Origin: Squalus acanthias
Lineage: Eukaryota
Direction of reading: 5' to 3'
Length of the DNA: 64,000 bases
Assembly (NCBI GenBank): GCA_030390025.1
Contig: CM059432.1
Coordinates: forward strand, 118,608,001 to 118,672,000
Part shown: positions 61,655 to 64,000 of the stretch, in pieces
Position numbering within the stretch: the stretch's first letter is position 1
Layout of the letters: each line of letters starts with the position of its first letter
Notes under the pieces: model-generated
The model's database searches: none
Told to the model about the DNA's origin: nothing
Seen by the model: only the letters and a program-made list of their open reading frames with translations
Translations under genes and position numbers: made by a program

Positions 61655-63548
61655 ATGATGGCACAACAGGAGAGAGAGCGTGCGCAAAGGTTCTCTGATC
61701 CAGCACTGGAGGCCTTGGTGCAGGAGGTTAATTGAGGAAAGAGGTCCTCTTTCCACAGGGGGCCAGGAGGCCCTCCAGGCAACAGACGAAAGAGCAATGT
61801 GGTGAATGCCAGCAGTGTTGCCCCAAGGATGTGGACGCAGTGCAGGAAGAAGTTTAATGATCTCATACAAGTGATCAAGGTCAGTGAATTCATCTTCAAA
61901 TGCCATAGCCCACCATCTGCACGACTAGCCTCACACACTGCTCAATGCACCTCACCCCCACCACTCACCTACAAACAATCTCTACCAAACACGACTCATA
62001 CCTCTCATTCAGAGCTTCACCTCATCCTCACCCACTTACCACTGCTGCAAACCTCACACCCACATCTCACAGCTTTCACACACTGTCAGCTATTCAGCCA
62101 TTATAGGCACATCACCTAAACACAATGCACCACACTCACTGACAAATTTCCCTTTCTCTTGCAGGAAAAGGTGGTGCATAACCAGCACAAGCAGAACCTA
62201 ACAGGTGGGGGACAGGCTCGCCTGCATCACCTCACCTCCTTGGAATAGACAGAGGTGGCCGTTCTTGGCAGCGGCGGAGCTGAAAGAATACAAGATGCCG
62301 GTATCCTTATACATTATTCTCCTTCTCACATCCCACATCCCCCTCTTCTCCCTCTTCTGATTTAAAATGTGCACATGGTGAAAGCACGCACCTCTTGCTT
62401 TCCCACCCCGCTCCCCTCACCACAACCCTACTCTTGAGCATTCCTCATTTCAAATACCCCAAAAATCTAATCTGTCCAGCCAATGGTTGTAGAAGAAGAG
62501 GGAGAGGAGAGTGATGAAGAAGAGGAATCACCGTCACTCGATCTGACACTCACAGCCACCAGCTCAGATAATGATACTGCAAAGAGTTTAGAGGGTTGCT
62601 TAGAGGTGGGATCTGCACGGGGTGAGTCACCGGGCACGAGTGGGCTGCAGCTAGGGCAGAGGGAAAGCCTAGCGCAGGTGCCAGCTCCCCAGAGGGCGAG
62701 GTCACACACGAGTTCAGCTGCACAGGACTCAGCTGAGGACTTTGATGGGGAGGCCTACAGAAGAACGCTGACGGGTTTGCACAACAAAATGCTTGGTGCA
62801 TTGGCAGGCCTGCCATAAAGTCTGAGTGCAATGTTAAGGTGCATGAAGGAGTCCGGCACCAACCTTGCACAGGGCTTTGCACAGAGTGTGGACCCCATCC
62901 TTTCCAGCGTGGAAGGGATGGGCAGATCCATTAGGGCACTTGTGGACCTAATAATAATGCAGCATCTGATGGCCGATGTCTCAGCTTCCATTGCAGCACA
63001 AGCACAAGCCGCCCAACGTCTTGAGTGCTGCAGTGGAAGCTCAGACTGAAGTCATGCAAGCACAGACTGCTGCCGTGGTGGGCGCTCAGACTGCTGCCAT
63101 CATGGCTGGGTTTACCAGTGTGGAAAGGGGCTTTCAAGGTCTCACAGCAGTCCAGCAATCTGTCCTCCAACAGATGGCTAGGAATGCTGAGGTGCCGCCC
63201 CGGGGGAGTGGCAATGGCTCCATGGAGCACGAACCTGCTGTCCTCTCTCAGGAAGACAGCATTTGTGATTCCACCCCTGCCGCTCCACCAGTGCTCTTGC
63301 TGTTGCCTGTCAACCAGCCAGACCAGACTGCTGCAGCCCATGCCGAAGTGGTGCAGTCCGCAACCAGGCCTACTAGGCCCAGAGGTGCTCGAGTTCATCC
63401 TCCAAGGGCATCTGCAGTCTCCCCCACTGAAAGTCAGCAGCCGTGCACCAGCCATGCTGCAACCACTGGGGTAGCACTGCATAGGAGCACCAGGACAGGC
63501 AAAGGCACACTGAAGACAGGCACTAAGGGAATGCACAAGGCTGATTAG
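61655..63548 (+). pseudogene. Harbinger Myb/SANT-like gene, 3 exons (61655-61879, 62165-62300, ~62453-63548), with stops and frameshifts
   Basis: AQRFSDPALEALVQEV..WTQCRKKFNDL..IK|gtcagt; ttgcag|EKVVHN..TGGG; C-terminal HRSTRTGKG. Intron positions match the 8474-6500 gene. Confidence 0.85.
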
Positions 63549-63717
63549 TTGACTTTGTTGGGCTATATTGGATGGATTGATTTATAAAGTTGGATTGGAA
63601 TGTTTCTTTTGTTGTGGCTTTTATTTCAGCATAGAGGCCAACAGGACACCGTGATGGTGAGTAACAGGGGAAACATAAGGTGTGGGACTATTGTTGATTG
63701 AAGAATTGGGGTTGCGT

Positions 63718-64000
63718 TCACTGGTACCACATTCGGATGAGTCGATCACGGACAGCCAGGGCAGAAAGGGGCTGTCTGGGTTGACTCATCCCTTCCGCTT
63801 CCTCCTTTTCTGCTTCCTCCTCTTCCACTTTCTCCTCCTCCTCTTCCTCCTTCCTCCTCTTTCGCTTTTTCCTCCTCCTCATCATCCTCCTCTTCCTCCT
63901 CAGCTGGTTGCCGTATGCCTGGTGGCAAGGGCTGCGCCCTCATGATGGCGAGATTGTGGAGCATGCAGCAGACCACGACGAATCTTGAGATGCGCGCTGG
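63718..64000 (-). pseudogene. Harbinger (HARBI1-family) transposase C-terminus, partial
   Basis: SRFVVVCCMLHNLAIMR, E/D-rich tail, then ARDRLI..* in a shifted frame. Confidence 0.85.

Larger units (their letters stand above)
61358..64000. mobile_element. Harbinger transposon, two-gene type, running off the window
   Basis: Left end ggcttaaaaattgg after ATA. Myb gene (+) and convergent transposase C-terminus (-). Confidence 0.9.

Overview
Eukaryotic, repeat-saturated sequence. The repeat families (CR1 LINEs with esterase ORF1, an HE1-type tRNA SINE, a Deu-domain SINE) point to a cartilaginous fish (inference). I recognise no host protein-coding gene; the long ORFs I can identify are transposon-derived. 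Contents: about 14 CR1-clade LINE copies or fragments (two near full length), two copies of a second LINE family, one heavily nested Mag-type Gypsy LTR element (21918-36477), three solo LTRs, Penelope-like elements with minimal hammerhead ribozyme motifs, a set of PIF/Harbinger elements (three carrying Myb/SANT genes, one old transposase fossil, at least five MITEs), and a 58-bp minisatellite. Most interesting: (i) a 168-bp Penelope-derived insert with a 15-bp TSD ending in a perfect 35-bp inverted pair of hammerhead motifs; (ii) two divergent Harbinger elements sharing the same transposase-core deletion while retaining Myb sequence; (iii) two different Harbinger-type elements inserted at the identical base of two CR1 copies, plus a shared target motif; (iv) MITEs with internal hairpins at equivalent positions but with different sequence. 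All calls were made by eye, without database searches.
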